64,000 nucleotides of DNA from contig OZ242318.1 of the NCBI GenBank assembly GCA_965208105.1, forward strand, positions 2,496,001-2,560,000, given 5' to 3'. Every line of letters begins with the position of its first letter. Within the stretch, counting starts at the first letter, position 1. The notes under the pieces are model-generated. The model ran no database searches and was not told where the DNA came from. It saw nothing but the letters and a program-made list of their open reading frames with translations. Below, in pieces: positions 21,583 to 32,325 of this stretch. This DNA comes from Candidatus Latescibacterota bacterium (GTDB lineage: Bacteria > Latescibacterota > UBA2968 > UBA8231). Position numbers and translations under genes: made by a program.

Positions 21583-23070
21583 CTAGAGGAACTGGAACGA
21601 ATAGAGACACGCGCTCCGAATTTCCAGGTGCAGACGCACGGGCTTCCCTTCCAGTTGAGAAAGATCCGCGTCGCCCCACGTTATTTCGTGAACGCCGCTC
21701 TCCAGAATCTGGCTTGACCGTTCGAATGAAAAACCCTCGATCTGGCCGCCGGACTGATCGGTTATGGAGGCGCGTACCTCGCATTCATCGAAGTTCATCT
21801 CTTCCGTCGGAATGCTCTGGGGCACCGACGCGTCTACGTCGATCAGCAGCTTCGAGCCTTCGAAGATGACGGGCCTGGTGATGATCCGGCCTTGATTGGG
21901 CCCCGCCAGCAATCCCGCCCAGCGGTCTTGTGGCGTCGTGGCCAGGTTGACGGTCATGACACAGCGCTCCCCCAGCCTAGTGGGATTGGCGCTGTGGGCC
22001 CCGCTGAAGCCGGTGTAGTAGATCCAGATCTGGCCGTCGTGCAAGATCGGTCCGGAAGGCATCAAATAGCCGGCATCGTAGGAGCCGACCTCGCCACGGT
22101 AGAGAAAGGGCATTTCGCGGTCCACCCAATTCCAGTGGAAACCATCGCGGCTGCTCATCAGGAAGACATCCCAGATCTGGTCGTGGGTTTTGTGGACCAT
22201 GAGAAAACCCAGGTAGAATTTCCCAAAGATGCCCGCGGTGAAATACTGGTACTGGTGGTCCACCCGGTCCTTGGCGTCGGGTGCCAGCATCATACGCGTA
22301 TCGGTCCAGTCTTCGAAGTCATCGCTTTCGGCATACCCGACAGTGCGGATGTGACGATGGCGGCCGATGTTGTCGATTTCATAAGCAAGGGGGTGGCCGG
22401 GTCTAAAGTATCCCACGTACTTCTCCCGCAGGTGATCCCACCCGAGAACGGAGTTTGCATCGGCAACGTTGGTAGGATAGAGCACGACAGCCTTGTTGTT
22501 GTAGGTCCAGTGGATTCCGTCGGGTGAGTAGGCGTTCACCATGCCGCCGGGAGGGTTGTGTCCTCCGGGGCCGTGCATCTCACCCTGGGCTTTGTAGCGC
22601 CGTTGGGGATCGGGATCACGCAGGTCTTTGAAACAATTGTAATAGCTGGGTTCGCCGTGGATGCCGAGCAGGTTGTTCTGCGTCGAACCTTCGAACTCGG
22701 TGATGCCGAGCTCCGGTTTGTCCCAATTGTAGCCGTCCTTCGAAGTTGCGTAGCACCAGGGCCGACGGCCCTTGTCCAGCGCCCACGGCACGTACCACAT
22801 CTTGAAGATTTCTTCCTCCTCGTCGTAAAGAACCGTCTGACCGACGATCTCCACGCCCTCGTTCTTACCGCCGTATTTGCCTTGCTCCCAGGGGCGATCA
22901 GCCACCATGATCGGGTTGTCAGCGCACTTGGCGGGTCGATACTGATAACGCGAAATGCGGCTGGCTTCATCGACCAGCAGATCGTCGACGAACAGCTGTT
23001 TGGTGCCGCCGATATCGGCAATGCCCGAGACCGGAGTTGACGCCGGCTCGAATATGGATCCGGTTTTCAC
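21583..23070 (-). CDS. Glycoside hydrolase-like beta-propeller protein (paralogue of 47741-49246)
   Basis: KQLFVDD, YATSKDG, DPDPQRRYK, SRDGFHW; GAGG RBS. Confidence 0.75.
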   Translation of the reverse strand: MKTGSIFEPASTPVSGIADIGGTKQLFVDDLLVDEASRISRYQYRPAKCADNPIMVADRPWEQGKYGGKNEGVEIVGQTVLYDEEEEIFKMWYVPWALDKGRRPWCYATSKDGYNWDKPELGITEFEGSTQNNLLGIHGEPSYYNCFKDLRDPDPQRRYKAQGEMHGPGGHNPPGGMVNAYSPDGIHWTYNNKAVVLYPTNVADANSVLGWDHLREKYVGYFRPGHPLAYEIDNIGRHRHIRTVGYAESDDFEDWTDTRMMLAPDAKDRVDHQYQYFTAGIFGKFYLGFLMVHKTHDQIWDVFLMSSRDGFHWNWVDREMPFLYRGEVGSYDAGYLMPSGPILHDGQIWIYYTGFSGAHSANPTRLGERCVMTVNLATTPQDRWAGLLAGPNQGRIITRPVIFEGSKLLIDVDASVPQSIPTEEMNFDECEVRASITDQSGGQIEGFSFERSSQILESGVHEITWGDADLSQLEGKPVRLHLEIRSACLYSFQFL

Positions 23071-23357
23071 GGTTTTTCTCCTCTTCTAGTTGCCACTGTA
23101 AAGCCCGCTTTGATTTCCGGGACCAGTGAAACATACCATTGCCATTGTATTGGTCAAGCGCTTTCCGGCGATCACCGAACACCCCGAACTTTTTGCTTGA
23201 CTTTGCCATTCGGGCAACGTAGGATTCCGTTTAGTGCGCTGCAGAGCGCCACCCGTCCGCGGCAAGGGAATAACGCCCATCTGTAATCAGACCTTCTCGT
23301 ACCTCCTTTCGGCCTGTACCAAGCGGACAACGGGCACAATGCGAAAGGCGGTGCTGC

Positions 23358-24716
23358 ATGACCCCCTCCAATTCTCGTTCCGTCAAGGAACTCCCGTCCA
23401 ATCCCAGCCTCGGCCTGTTGGCGAACCTCGCCAAGGAGCTCCGCAAGGACCATCGATCCGGCGCCGGGGAGGCGTTTCGCCGGTTAAAGGCCGGACACCC
23501 GCGATTCGCCTCATTCACCGACTCTCAGCTGGCGACCATAGATCTCACGCTGCGCGATGCCCAGCTGGTCATCGCTCGGGAGTACGGCTTCGACAACTGG
23601 GTCGAGCTCAAGCGCCAGGTTGTGGCGCTCCTGGAAGGGGGCGCCGCAGACGTCGCTATGAAGGATCTGATCCAGGCGGCCAACAACGGCGACGACGCCA
23701 CTGTGCGCCGGGTGTTGGAGGACTTTCCGGAAATCATCGACGAGCGCGGCGGAGAGTCGACCCGAACCGCATTGCACTTCGCCTCCATGAACGGTCACAA
23801 AACAGCCGTAGAGTCACTGCTCGGGCGTGGCGCGGATCCGAACATCCGCTGCGAGGGAGACAACGCCACGCCGCTTCACTTCGCCGCGGAGAAGGGGCGC
23901 CTCGACATCGTTGAACTGTTACTGAGCCACGGCGCGGATCCGAACGGTCACGGCGATGTACACGGATTGGATGTCATCGGCTGGGCTCTCTGTTACGAAC
24001 GGGTGTGGGTCGAGGTGGCTGAGTGCCTTCTGGCGCACGGTGCGCGGCACAACATCTTTTCGGCGGTGGCGATGGGGGATACGGAGGAAATAACGAGGTT
24101 GGTGTCGGTTTACCGCGACGCGCTGGAAAAGCCGATGGTGGTTTGGGAAGAACGGAAAAGTCCCCTACATCTGGCAGTGGTCAAAAAACAGCCACTAGCG
24201 GTGGCCAAGCTGATCGAGCTCGGCGCCGGTCTTGAGATCACCGATGTGAACGGGCTCACCCCGTTGGACCGCGCTGCGCTAAGCTCCGCATCGGAATGCA
24301 CTCGCTTGCTGATAGAGGCTGGGGCGCAGGTCCCGTTGCCGGCGGCTTTCGGTTTGGGACAAGAGGATCGGATTGAAACGCTCATGAGCGAGGACCCCGA
24401 CTGCTTGAAACCCGGGGGAAGGTGGGAGCGCCTCATGGGCATTGCCGTCCAGTTTGCGCGAGGAGAGGTCATCGAATCGCTGTTGAGATGGGGTGCTTCG
24501 GTAGACCAGATCATCGATTCCGAAGCTTTCGGCACGAGGGGGTATACGCCGCTCCACGAGGCGGCCTGGTTCGGCAATATGGAAGCGGTCGAGGTGCTGG
24601 TTGAACATGGTTCCAGTCTCCAGGCCAAGGACGCGACCTACGACAGCACTCCACTCGATTGGGCCGATGTGGCCAAGCGGGAAAAGGTCGCCGAGTTCTT
24701 GAGGGGGCAGTCATGA
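23358..24716 (+). CDS. Ankyrin repeat protein
   Basis: Repeated TALH/TPLH...GAD units; N-terminal DAQLVIAREYGFDNW. Confidence 0.9.
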   Translation: MTPSNSRSVKELPSNPSLGLLANLAKELRKDHRSGAGEAFRRLKAGHPRFASFTDSQLATIDLTLRDAQLVIAREYGFDNWVELKRQVVALLEGGAADVAMKDLIQAANNGDDATVRRVLEDFPEIIDERGGESTRTALHFASMNGHKTAVESLLGRGADPNIRCEGDNATPLHFAAEKGRLDIVELLLSHGADPNGHGDVHGLDVIGWALCYERVWVEVAECLLAHGARHNIFSAVAMGDTEEITRLVSVYRDALEKPMVVWEERKSPLHLAVVKKQPLAVAKLIELGAGLEITDVNGLTPLDRAALSSASECTRLLIEAGAQVPLPAAFGLGQEDRIETLMSEDPDCLKPGGRWERLMGIAVQFARGEVIESLLRWGASVDQIIDSEAFGTRGYTPLHEAAWFGNMEAVEVLVEHGSSLQAKDATYDSTPLDWADVAKREKVAEFLRGQS

Positions 24717-24883
24717 CAAAAATACCGGTATTTTCAGTGCGCCGAGCGGCTCGACTCTACGCGACCAACAAAGATGCAGCCGCCGCGCTCGGAATCGACA
24801 TGCGCAGTTTTGCGCGCATCTGCCGACGCCATGGCATCCCAACGCCGTACGTGAGAAAACGGCGGCGCAGGCGCGAAGTTTGA
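24713..24883 (+). CDS. Small HTH-like protein
   Basis: AAAALGIDMRSFARICRRHGI; ATGA overlap with the ankyrin gene. Confidence 0.5.
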   Translation: MTKIPVFSVRRAARLYATNKDAAAALGIDMRSFARICRRHGIPTPYVRKRRRRREV

Positions 24884-24933
24884 GTGCCAGCGCTGATCTA
24901 GACTGCCAACACGCCCCGTTTAAGGAGATGATC

Positions 24934-25076
24934 ATGTCCTCTCAAATGGTGGAAAACATCATTCCGATTCTGCCCTGTGGTGATTTTCAGGCCAATCTGG
25001 AGTACTATCAACGCGCCCTTGGGTTCAAACTCGAATGGACCCACGAAGATTTATTCGGCTGCGTATCCCGCGATGG
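24934..25076 (+). pseudogene. VOC/bleomycin-resistance family gene cut by copy 4
   Basis: IPILPCGDFQANLEYYQRALGFKLEW, then repeat sequence; AAGGAG RBS. Confidence 0.7.
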
Positions 25077-25538
25077 ACGGTTTGGTTGTCTGTGGGCCCG
25101 TATCGGGTCCAATCCGGTACTCGATGAGGCCCTTCAGGACGCACTTCTCCCTACGGCTCTCGGCGCCGGGAGCGAATCGCGGATGAGATCAGGCGGCGAA
25201 CTCGAACTGCGGCTGCGGCGGGGCCCTCGGCGGAGGCACCGCCGGCAGCCCTACCCCCTCCAGATAGGTCCGGATCGGTCAGGGCGGCGACGATCCTCAG
25301 GCGCCCGCCACAGGTCGCGCATGCGCTGAGGTCGGAGGAAAACACCCGCGCCAGCAGGGCCGCCCACCCCAGGCGATGGGTGCAGGACGGAGCGCTCGTA
25401 TCGCCGTCCGCCGCCGGCTCGGCAACCGGCTTGGTCGGCACGATGCGGCCGCGGTCGCGGGCACGGGGGGCCAGGACCCCGTGGCAGCGCAGGAGATGGA
25501 GCCGGGGCGGGGGGACCAGAGCCGCCAGCTTCTCCAGC
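25077..25538 (-). mobile_element. ISCR-like copy 4 (no ori; transposase C-terminal part)
   Basis: LEKLAALVPPPRLHLLRCHGVLAP...CATCGGRLRIVA plus partial 3' UTR. Confidence 0.9.
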
Positions 25539-26062
25539 GTCTGGATTGTCGGGTTTCCACTTGCGTCTGTGTCAAACTTTCCGTGGCAGTTCCAGTTGTA
25601 GATCAGGCGAAGGGAACGGACATCTCCGATGGCCTTTGATGCCAACAGTTCTCGAATCTTAAGTACGCAGGGGCTGAAGCGATAGCAAAATGCCGTATAC
25701 AGGGACACGCCGGCCGCGTCTGTAGCCGCAACCATCTCGGCGGCCTCGCCGCGATCCATGGCCAGCGGCTTTTCGCAGAGGATTGGCAAACCACATCGGG
25801 CCGCATCCAACACGTTTTCTTTGTGGCAGGGGGCGGGTGACGCGATGGCTACAGCCTCAATGCCGGAGTCAAAGAACATCCCGGCGTCGGTAAACGCTTC
25901 CGGTATGCCATGCGGCTTTTGCGTGCGCTCGAGTGCATCCGCTCTGGGATCGTAGATTGCGTGCAAGCTAAGTCCGTCTGTTCGCTGAATGGCCGGAATA
26001 TGGCCGTAGTCCGCAACGGTACCACAGCCCATCAGTCCGATGCGTCGCGGCTGTCCAGTCAT
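25539..26062 (-). pseudogene. Gfo/Idh/MocA oxidoreductase N-half fused in frame to transposase sequence
   Basis: IGLMGCG, ILCEKPLA, then LEKLAALVPPP. Confidence 0.8.
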
Positions 26063-26079
26063 GAGGTCTCCTCGCAGAA

Positions 26080-26132
26080 CTCATAGATGACCTGCGGCCA
26101 GATTAACCGGCCAAGTTCAGGTCATCTATGAG
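26080..26132. repeat. 15-bp perfect inverted repeat
   Basis: CTCATAGATGACCTG ... CAGGTCATCTATGAG. Confidence 0.7.
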
Positions 26133-26153
26133 GCCAGCTTCAGTTCGCTGGGC

Positions 26154-26549
26154 TCACTCGTGGTCAATCGACTCTCGGTAAGAGCGCCAGCCCCTGAATT
26201 CGGTGATCTCTTTGTGCCCTTCGCAAAGGACGGGTTCGCCAATGACCCCCAATACGCGTTCGCCGCTAGCAAGTTCTACTTTACCGACACTGAGTCCAAC
26301 TGCTTCGCGGTTCAAAATGGCAACAAATCCAGTCGCTGTCAGTTGCCACACTTCAAGTGCTATGGCTGCACCGCCTTTGCTGACCCGAACCATGGCAGGA
26401 AACTGGTCGTCGATGGACCAAAGGCGGTAACGTTTGGCCGTTTGGTCGTTGCGAAGGAACTCACCACCTGCATCGAACATGGCATGGTTACTGCGCATAC
26501 CGCTCATCAATCCGCCGTTTACTGCAAGCAGTACTCGGTCCATATGCAA
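26154..26549 (-). CDS. Allophanate hydrolase C-terminal domain-like (GGCT-like) protein
   Basis: LAVNGGLMSG, LEVWQL, GKVELASG, ITEFRGWRSY. Confidence 0.7.
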   Translation of the reverse strand: MHMDRVLLAVNGGLMSGMRSNHAMFDAGGEFLRNDQTAKRYRLWSIDDQFPAMVRVSKGGAAIALEVWQLTATGFVAILNREAVGLSVGKVELASGERVLGVIGEPVLCEGHKEITEFRGWRSYRESIDHE

Positions 26550-26579
26550 GTCTCCTCATCACTCTTTGCTAATAACCTT

Positions 26580-26699
26580 GGAGCCGTAACCAGCCAGCCA
26601 CCGAGGGCAAAGCCGCCGAATGGTATTCTCCTCCGGGCCGCCAGGAGCCTGCATGACGCCATCCAACGTGAGGAAAGCCGTTGCGGTCAATTCACCCAT
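26580..26699 (-). pseudogene. Dihydrofolate reductase/RibD-C family 5' fragment
   Basis: MGELTATAFLTLDGVMQAPGGPEE, then frameshifted GGFALGGW. Confidence 0.6.
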
Positions 26700-26838
26700 A
26701 TGCCTGCTACCCCTGCAGTGGTTGTTTTGCGCCCAACGCAGAGATGACCTGTTGGCGGACCACCAGCCATTTCATGTGATCAGTTCGTAGCCGACTCATC
26801 TCGGCATATGTCGAGGCGATCGACCGGCGCCTCCACAC

Positions 26839-27885
26839 TCAGGCTCCGGTGAGGCGATGGACGTTACGCAGGCGCACGGTCGTGAGTCCACAGGAACATG
26901 GATCGTCAACAAGAGTGGCACCATCGCCGTTTGCCAGCCGAAAGAGCTGTGAGCCTCGGTGAACTTCTGATTGGCCAGTGCTGTCTGCTCCAGAGAGACG
27001 CGTGACAACGAGCCGGCCAGACTGCCCGCTTTCCACCCGCACACCCAGATCATCGACGACCTCTACAAGAACGTAACCTTGAGCAACGTGATAGTCACCG
27101 GGATGATCCGGGCACGATATGGCGAAGACTCCGAACTCAGATGAACCGTACAAGTTGCTTACGGACTCGACTCCCTGGCCCTTGGCCCTGCTCACAGTGT
27201 CTTCTGTGAATCCCCCGCTGGATCCCACCCACCAGCGTACGGCAAACTGCTTGAGCAAGTCCGGATTACCGGCTAGAAGCTCGGCCAAACCAACACCCTT
27301 ACCTCGCAAAGTTTGCTCCGGAAGAACGAGCGTATCGAACTCGAACAGTGACATCTGCTCGGCCGTCGAGAATTGCTCTTCAGGATGATGACTCCGGTCG
27401 TAGACCGTTCCGCCCAGTCGCTGGAGGGCCGCATGATACATTGGCCCCGTCAGATGTCCCTGGCCGTAGCCGTTGAAGACTGTCGGCGACTGCATCGGAC
27501 TCTGTGGCCGGAGCATACGCGCGGCCGACACCACCAACCCCGCCCAATCGGTCTTCGTCCACATGGAAACGGTCGATCGGCCTGTGGTCCCACTCGTCCA
27601 GCGACAGACTTCCACTTGGCCGCTGCTGCTTGCTGGCAACAGCTCGCCTGGAGGCAAGCCGCGGAGCTCTGCCTTCTCCAGAAGAGGGAAGCGCCCAAGA
27701 TCGGACAGCTCCCCAAGCTGGCTCTCATCGATCGAGACCGCTTCAAGACGCTCGGTCCAAAAGGGGACACTGTCCCGCATGAAGGCGATCTGGCGTCGTA
27801 CGGCATCGACGAGAGCAGCGTCGCGATCTGCGGGTTCGCAGGTGTCCAGCGAGGGATCGTCTAGTCGCATACTGACTCGCATCAA
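26839..27885 (-). CDS. Phenylacetate-CoA ligase-like adenylate-forming protein
   Basis: TSGTTG, YGSSE, GRLVVTRL, PCSCG. Confidence 0.7.
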   Translation of the reverse strand: MMRVSMRLDDPSLDTCEPADRDAALVDAVRRQIAFMRDSVPFWTERLEAVSIDESQLGELSDLGRFPLLEKAELRGLPPGELLPASSSGQVEVCRWTSGTTGRSTVSMWTKTDWAGLVVSAARMLRPQSPMQSPTVFNGYGQGHLTGPMYHAALQRLGGTVYDRSHHPEEQFSTAEQMSLFEFDTLVLPEQTLRGKGVGLAELLAGNPDLLKQFAVRWWVGSSGGFTEDTVSRAKGQGVESVSNLYGSSEFGVFAISCPDHPGDYHVAQGYVLVEVVDDLGVRVESGQSGRLVVTRLSGADSTGQSEVHRGSQLFRLANGDGATLVDDPCSCGLTTVRLRNVHRLTGA

Positions 27886-28688
27886 TCCAGTGGAAGACTC
27901 GCCTCGAAGCGCTCGACTTCGGGATAACTCGTGTTGCCGCGCAAAAGGCGACCCAGGCGGGGCTTGCGATTGTTGTAGACCTCGACGGCGTCAGCATCAG
28001 CATACCGCAAAAATAAGATGCGTCGGTCATGATCTTTTGATCGGTTACCTTCAGAGTGATGGAGTAGGTGACAGTGTAAAAACAAACATTCACCGGCCTT
28101 CATCGGGATCGGAATCGAGCCGCTTTCCTCTACCTCCAATTCGACGGGACGTAAGGCACGGCGATCTTCATCAGAAAGATCGAATTCCCTCTGCCCTTCC
28201 TTATGGCTGCCGGGAATGAGCCACAAGCAACCGTTTTCGAGGTTCGCGTCATCTAGAGTGGTCAGGCAACTTATGGCGTTGCTGGGATCCAGCTCACCGT
28301 AGACATTGTCCTGGTGCCAAGCGAACGGCATCGTGTTGCCGCGCATCTTGAACGTCAATTGTGACGTCGCGGCCTTGATGTTTGGCCCCAACACTTGCTC
28401 TGCAGCGTCCACCATAGGCCCACTGAAATAATACTTGCGGACCACGTCGGACTGGTGATGGATGTCGGGCAAAAGGGCGTTCTGTAGCCATGTCTTGTTC
28501 GGATCAAAGGGCCCCTTCTCAGCGACCCAGGCTTCCATGACCTGACCCAGCATTTGCTCTAAACCCTTGTTCGTCAGAGTTCTTCCGACATTCAAATAGC
28601 CCTGCTCAGAATACTGTTCCAATTGCTGACCCGTGAGCTTGGGATAGATGAATAGATCGGAATGTCGTCGGCTAGAGAGTTCGGCCAT
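27882..28688 (-). CDS. PhyH-family dioxygenase
   Basis: WHQD, ENGCLWLIPGSH, LLHHS. Confidence 0.85.
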   Translation of the reverse strand: MAELSSRRHSDLFIYPKLTGQQLEQYSEQGYLNVGRTLTNKGLEQMLGQVMEAWVAEKGPFDPNKTWLQNALLPDIHHQSDVVRKYYFSGPMVDAAEQVLGPNIKAATSQLTFKMRGNTMPFAWHQDNVYGELDPSNAISCLTTLDDANLENGCLWLIPGSHKEGQREFDLSDEDRRALRPVELEVEESGSIPIPMKAGECLFLHCHLLHHSEGNRSKDHDRRILFLRYADADAVEVYNNRKPRLGRLLRGNTSYPEVERFEASLPLD

Positions 28689-28743
28689 AGGCGTTAATTT
28701 TGGGTGTTCAGCGGCGGCGAGAAGCGCCGTCCGGCTGCTGTAA

Positions 28744-29442
28744 CTAGTTGTGCGAAATCAGTCTCTGCTCGATGCGCCTGACGGTGCCAAGCTTTCCCAA
28801 AGCCAGCGCATTGAAACTATCCAATTCGTAGGGCCAATCATTGGCGAGTAATCGCGCGAATCGATGGCACTCCATGTGAAAGTTCAGCACCTCGGAATCA
28901 TCCCTTACTCCAAACTTCCTACCGTAGGGAGTTCGCTTAAACGCTGATAGATGCTCCTTGAAACGCACGCCTCGCTCTTCAGCAAGTTTGGCAATTCTAT
29001 CTAGCCAATCGGGTTGCTCCAAAAAGATCAGATACGGACAACAGGGACGAATGGCGTCAACAAAGCGACGATAATAATCTCTGCAATCATCGCGCGTGCC
29101 AAGCATCTTGAGCATGTTTCCGATGGTCAGATGGAAAGGATATCCTTCCATGACCACGCAGAGGTCTCCACTTCGGACTGTGTCAACCAATGCTGACGTC
29201 TTTTTCAGGATGCGTCTGATAAACCTTTGTGAATCGTATGGCGCCTCGATCACCTCATTCTCAATTGCACCATCCCCCCAAGTCCAAAACGAATTCAGGG
29301 GGTTGTCGTGTTCGTTGTAGAATTCGACCTTCGTGCCGATCTGCGCGATCTTAGAGTGCTTGAGCGCCTCGACGGTAGTGGTCTTTCCTGCACCCGACAG
29401 TCCTTCAATGAAAACCAACCTTGAATTCATTTGTAGCCTCAT
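28744..29442 (-). CDS. P-loop nucleotide kinase-like protein
   Basis: FIEGLSGAGKTT Walker A; lower GC than neighbours. Confidence 0.7.
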   Translation of the reverse strand: MRLQMNSRLVFIEGLSGAGKTTTVEALKHSKIAQIGTKVEFYNEHDNPLNSFWTWGDGAIENEVIEAPYDSQRFIRRILKKTSALVDTVRSGDLCVVMEGYPFHLTIGNMLKMLGTRDDCRDYYRRFVDAIRPCCPYLIFLEQPDWLDRIAKLAEERGVRFKEHLSAFKRTPYGRKFGVRDDSEVLNFHMECHRFARLLANDWPYELDSFNALALGKLGTVRRIEQRLISHN

Positions 29443-29526
29443 GACTCGGCCTATATCTCGGTGGCGAATCGGGCTTCGGTGCGGAGGTAGCTGCGCCATC
29501 CCCCTGGCACCTTCGCAAGGATCGCT

Positions 29527-29838
29527 AAGTATAGGTAAAATGAGGCACCTTTTTGGCCCTCTTGTCAATGCGCCGAACACACCCAAGGGGCACAGGGTAA
29601 GCTTGCTGATGATCGTTTGCAGGTCGTTGGGCAGGGCTCGCAGTACGGTTCGGTCAGGGCCCGTCGCAGGCGCTGACCCGAGCGTGCCCCGGTGGCGATG
29701 AGTCCTCGCACCGAAGCCGCGGTGAGAGCCGCCAGCACGGGCTCCTCGGCGGCGAGCGGATCGGCTTGAGTGTCGTCGAGCAGGCCGTGTCGGCTACACA
29801 GGCGGATGATGAGGCGCGCACTCGTCTCCACGATCTGC
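29527..29838 (-). mobile_element. ISCR-like copy 5 (intact ori fused to a middle transposase piece)
   Basis: Repeat, then QIVETSAR...LAALTAASVRGLIATG...ALTEP. Confidence 0.9.
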
Positions 29839-30267
29839 GCTCAGAGCGGCATCGCGCGTGCCTATCGGCACGGGGGAAAAGATTCAGGGGTACCGCGATT
29901 GGTTCCCCTTTATCGTCGATGGCGGCATCGACGTGTTACACCCCGATCTGTGCTGGTGCGGCGGCATCAGCGGCGGTCGCAAGATTGCCGAGCTGGCCGA
30001 TCACTACGGCCTGCCGGTGGCGCTGCACAACTGCGGTACGCTGGTGCACAATATGGCCAACGTCCATTTCGGAGCCTGTGTGCGCAATTTCAGCATGAGC
30101 GAAACTCGACTCTACGAACGTCAGTACATCGCCGAGATGGGGGGCTCGATGGCTTCGATCTGATCGACGGCAAAATGGCGGTGCCCAACGGGCCGGGACT
30201 AGGTATTGAACTGGTGCTCGAAGTACTGCGCGCCGAACTCATGGAAGGCGAGCCCTTCTGGGAATGA
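29839..30267 (+). pseudogene. Mandelate racemase/enolase superfamily 3' fragment, frameshifted
   Basis: PIGTGE, PDLCWCGGISG, VPNGPGLGIEL split over two frames. Confidence 0.7.
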
Positions 30268-30281
30268 CGGTCGGGTCCGAG

Positions 30282-31988
30282 CTATGGTTCAGAACAAAAC
30301 ACCAGCAGCTCGCATTTTTCCACCGACGGCCAATTGGGTCCCACCCCGGGTCCGATTCGGTGCCAGCCGCTGGGGGATTGGATGCCTTCGAGAAGGACCA
30401 GCACCCGGTTTTCTCCGTTGATCAAGGGCGGATCGTCGACGATCAACCAGGACGCGCCACTCGAGTTCTCGATGCTCCGCGCCGCGCCCAGGTCGAAGCT
30501 GGTTCCATTCACTTCGCAGGTGAGTCGATCGAGACTCATCTCGTGCTCGCGCAGCTGCAGGCGGAGCTCGGTCTTGCGGATGCGGCCGCTGGCCAGCCCT
30601 TCTTCCACGTCGTCTGCCACGCACAGACGCATGGCGTGAAGCGGTCCGGCGCCGCGTCCGCGAATCGCAACCTTGAACGGAATCTGCGCTTCGAAGTCGC
30701 CGGCATGCTTCAATGCGCACAGGTTGTAGCAACGGTTCAGCCGTGACAAGCGTTCTGGATCGGCGAGATCGCGCAACAATTGGAGATCTTTGCGGGTGAA
30801 ACGGTCCGATCCGTGCCCCCCCATGCGCCCTTTGAACAGCGGCGGGTATTCCACCTCGGGAAGATCGCACGGGTCCTCGGGATCGACTGGCCGGGCCCGA
30901 ACGTTGCCGTAGTCGTAGTTGAACAGATGCACGCCAGCAGCGCCCTGTCGATAGGCATTCAGGGCGATACCTCGCCTGACTGTTGGCTGGCCTGACTCGT
31001 ACCCTTCCTGCGGCGAAGCGGGCGGGACCGCGGTGGAGCCGACATAGACCAGGGCTCCGGTGCTCTTGGCGGCGGCCACCGCCCGCGGAACATCGTTCTC
31101 CAGCTTGCCCGTGTGTGAAACGGCTACCATGTCCACGAAACCCTCCCGGATCCAGTGTTCAGCATCCAGACCCTGCTCGGCACACGCGTCAAAACTGGAC
31201 GCGATCCGACAAAGAAGCCTGATCTCGCTTCCTCTGCGCTTTTCATGTGCGCGCACAACCTCGCGCGCGCGTCCCATGAACCTGTTCATGGTGCCGATAT
31301 GTTTGAATCCCTGAAAGCGCCGGAAGAAAGGGAAGTTGCGACAAAAATCCAGCTCCAGACCATCGACCTCGTAGCGGGTCAACACCTCGTCGAAGCGGCC
31401 GAGGAAGCGGTCGTGCACTTCGTCGAGGGCCCAGTTCCACTGCCAGCAGAAGTTGAATCCGCGGCCGTTCCCTTCGAGCTCGCCAGCCCCGATCATGAGG
31501 TGTTGGTTTTCCAGCGCGAACTTGGAGCGCCGGCCGTCGGCCATGCGGTGTTCGGTGTTGGCGTTGGCGGCGTTCATGCGGAACGACGCGAAGATCCCCA
31601 AACTGAGTTCCCGGGCGCGATCGACGTATAGCTGGTAGACGTCGTGACCATCGTCGACCATCGCCCGCAGAGCCATCTGCAGCAGGTCGTTGGGTTCGAG
31701 ATTAAGGGCAGCCTTCGATCGCGGCTCGCCGCTTTCGGTGAGCAGATCGTCGATACTGTAACCAAGCGTGTCGCCCCAAAGCTCGCCGTACGGGCTGCCG
31801 CGCCAGCTGAGGTCGTCGTCCACACCGACGAGGGCGCAGATCACGTCGACCCCAGTGTCGGCGAGAGGGATCATCAACTCGGTAACATCCTCTGGATGGC
31901 GCCGCCGCAGGTACTTGAAAGCCTGGCAGCCATCAAAATTCATCAGGATGCGCGGGGGCCAACGATACAGTTGGTCATTGGGACTCAT
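30282..31988 (-). CDS. Hypothetical glycoside hydrolase-like (TIM-barrel) protein
   Basis: 568 aa; ASFRMN, YEVDGLELDFCR, GVHLFNY. Confidence 0.6.
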   Translation of the reverse strand: MSPNDQLYRWPPRILMNFDGCQAFKYLRRRHPEDVTELMIPLADTGVDVICALVGVDDDLSWRGSPYGELWGDTLGYSIDDLLTESGEPRSKAALNLEPNDLLQMALRAMVDDGHDVYQLYVDRARELSLGIFASFRMNAANANTEHRMADGRRSKFALENQHLMIGAGELEGNGRGFNFCWQWNWALDEVHDRFLGRFDEVLTRYEVDGLELDFCRNFPFFRRFQGFKHIGTMNRFMGRAREVVRAHEKRRGSEIRLLCRIASSFDACAEQGLDAEHWIREGFVDMVAVSHTGKLENDVPRAVAAAKSTGALVYVGSTAVPPASPQEGYESGQPTVRRGIALNAYRQGAAGVHLFNYDYGNVRARPVDPEDPCDLPEVEYPPLFKGRMGGHGSDRFTRKDLQLLRDLADPERLSRLNRCYNLCALKHAGDFEAQIPFKVAIRGRGAGPLHAMRLCVADDVEEGLASGRIRKTELRLQLREHEMSLDRLTCEVNGTSFDLGAARSIENSSGASWLIVDDPPLINGENRVLVLLEGIQSPSGWHRIGPGVGPNWPSVEKCELLVFCSEP

Positions 31989-32325
31989 ACGTTCTCACAG
32001 TGACATTCTCGTCGAACTAATGATCGTTCAACCAGCCTCGCCCCCACGCCTCTGCTCCCTGCGTGTGCAAGCCCATTATCCAGATGTGGCGTATTGGCAC
32101 GAAAACGTTGGTTGCCTCCAGTTCACGAGTGCTCAACGTTCTCGCTGTGCGCCTATGGGTATTGTTACAGCGTTTCTGCGAAAGGAAATAGCGTGAAGTA
32201 CCTTCCAAAGGAATCGACCCGCCCAAGCAGGGGCGATTGTCAGGTATTTACTGTAACTGTACAGCACTTCTTTCATGAGCGATTCTTCTCCATCGATACC
32301 GGGTAGACCACTTTGACAAGACCTG

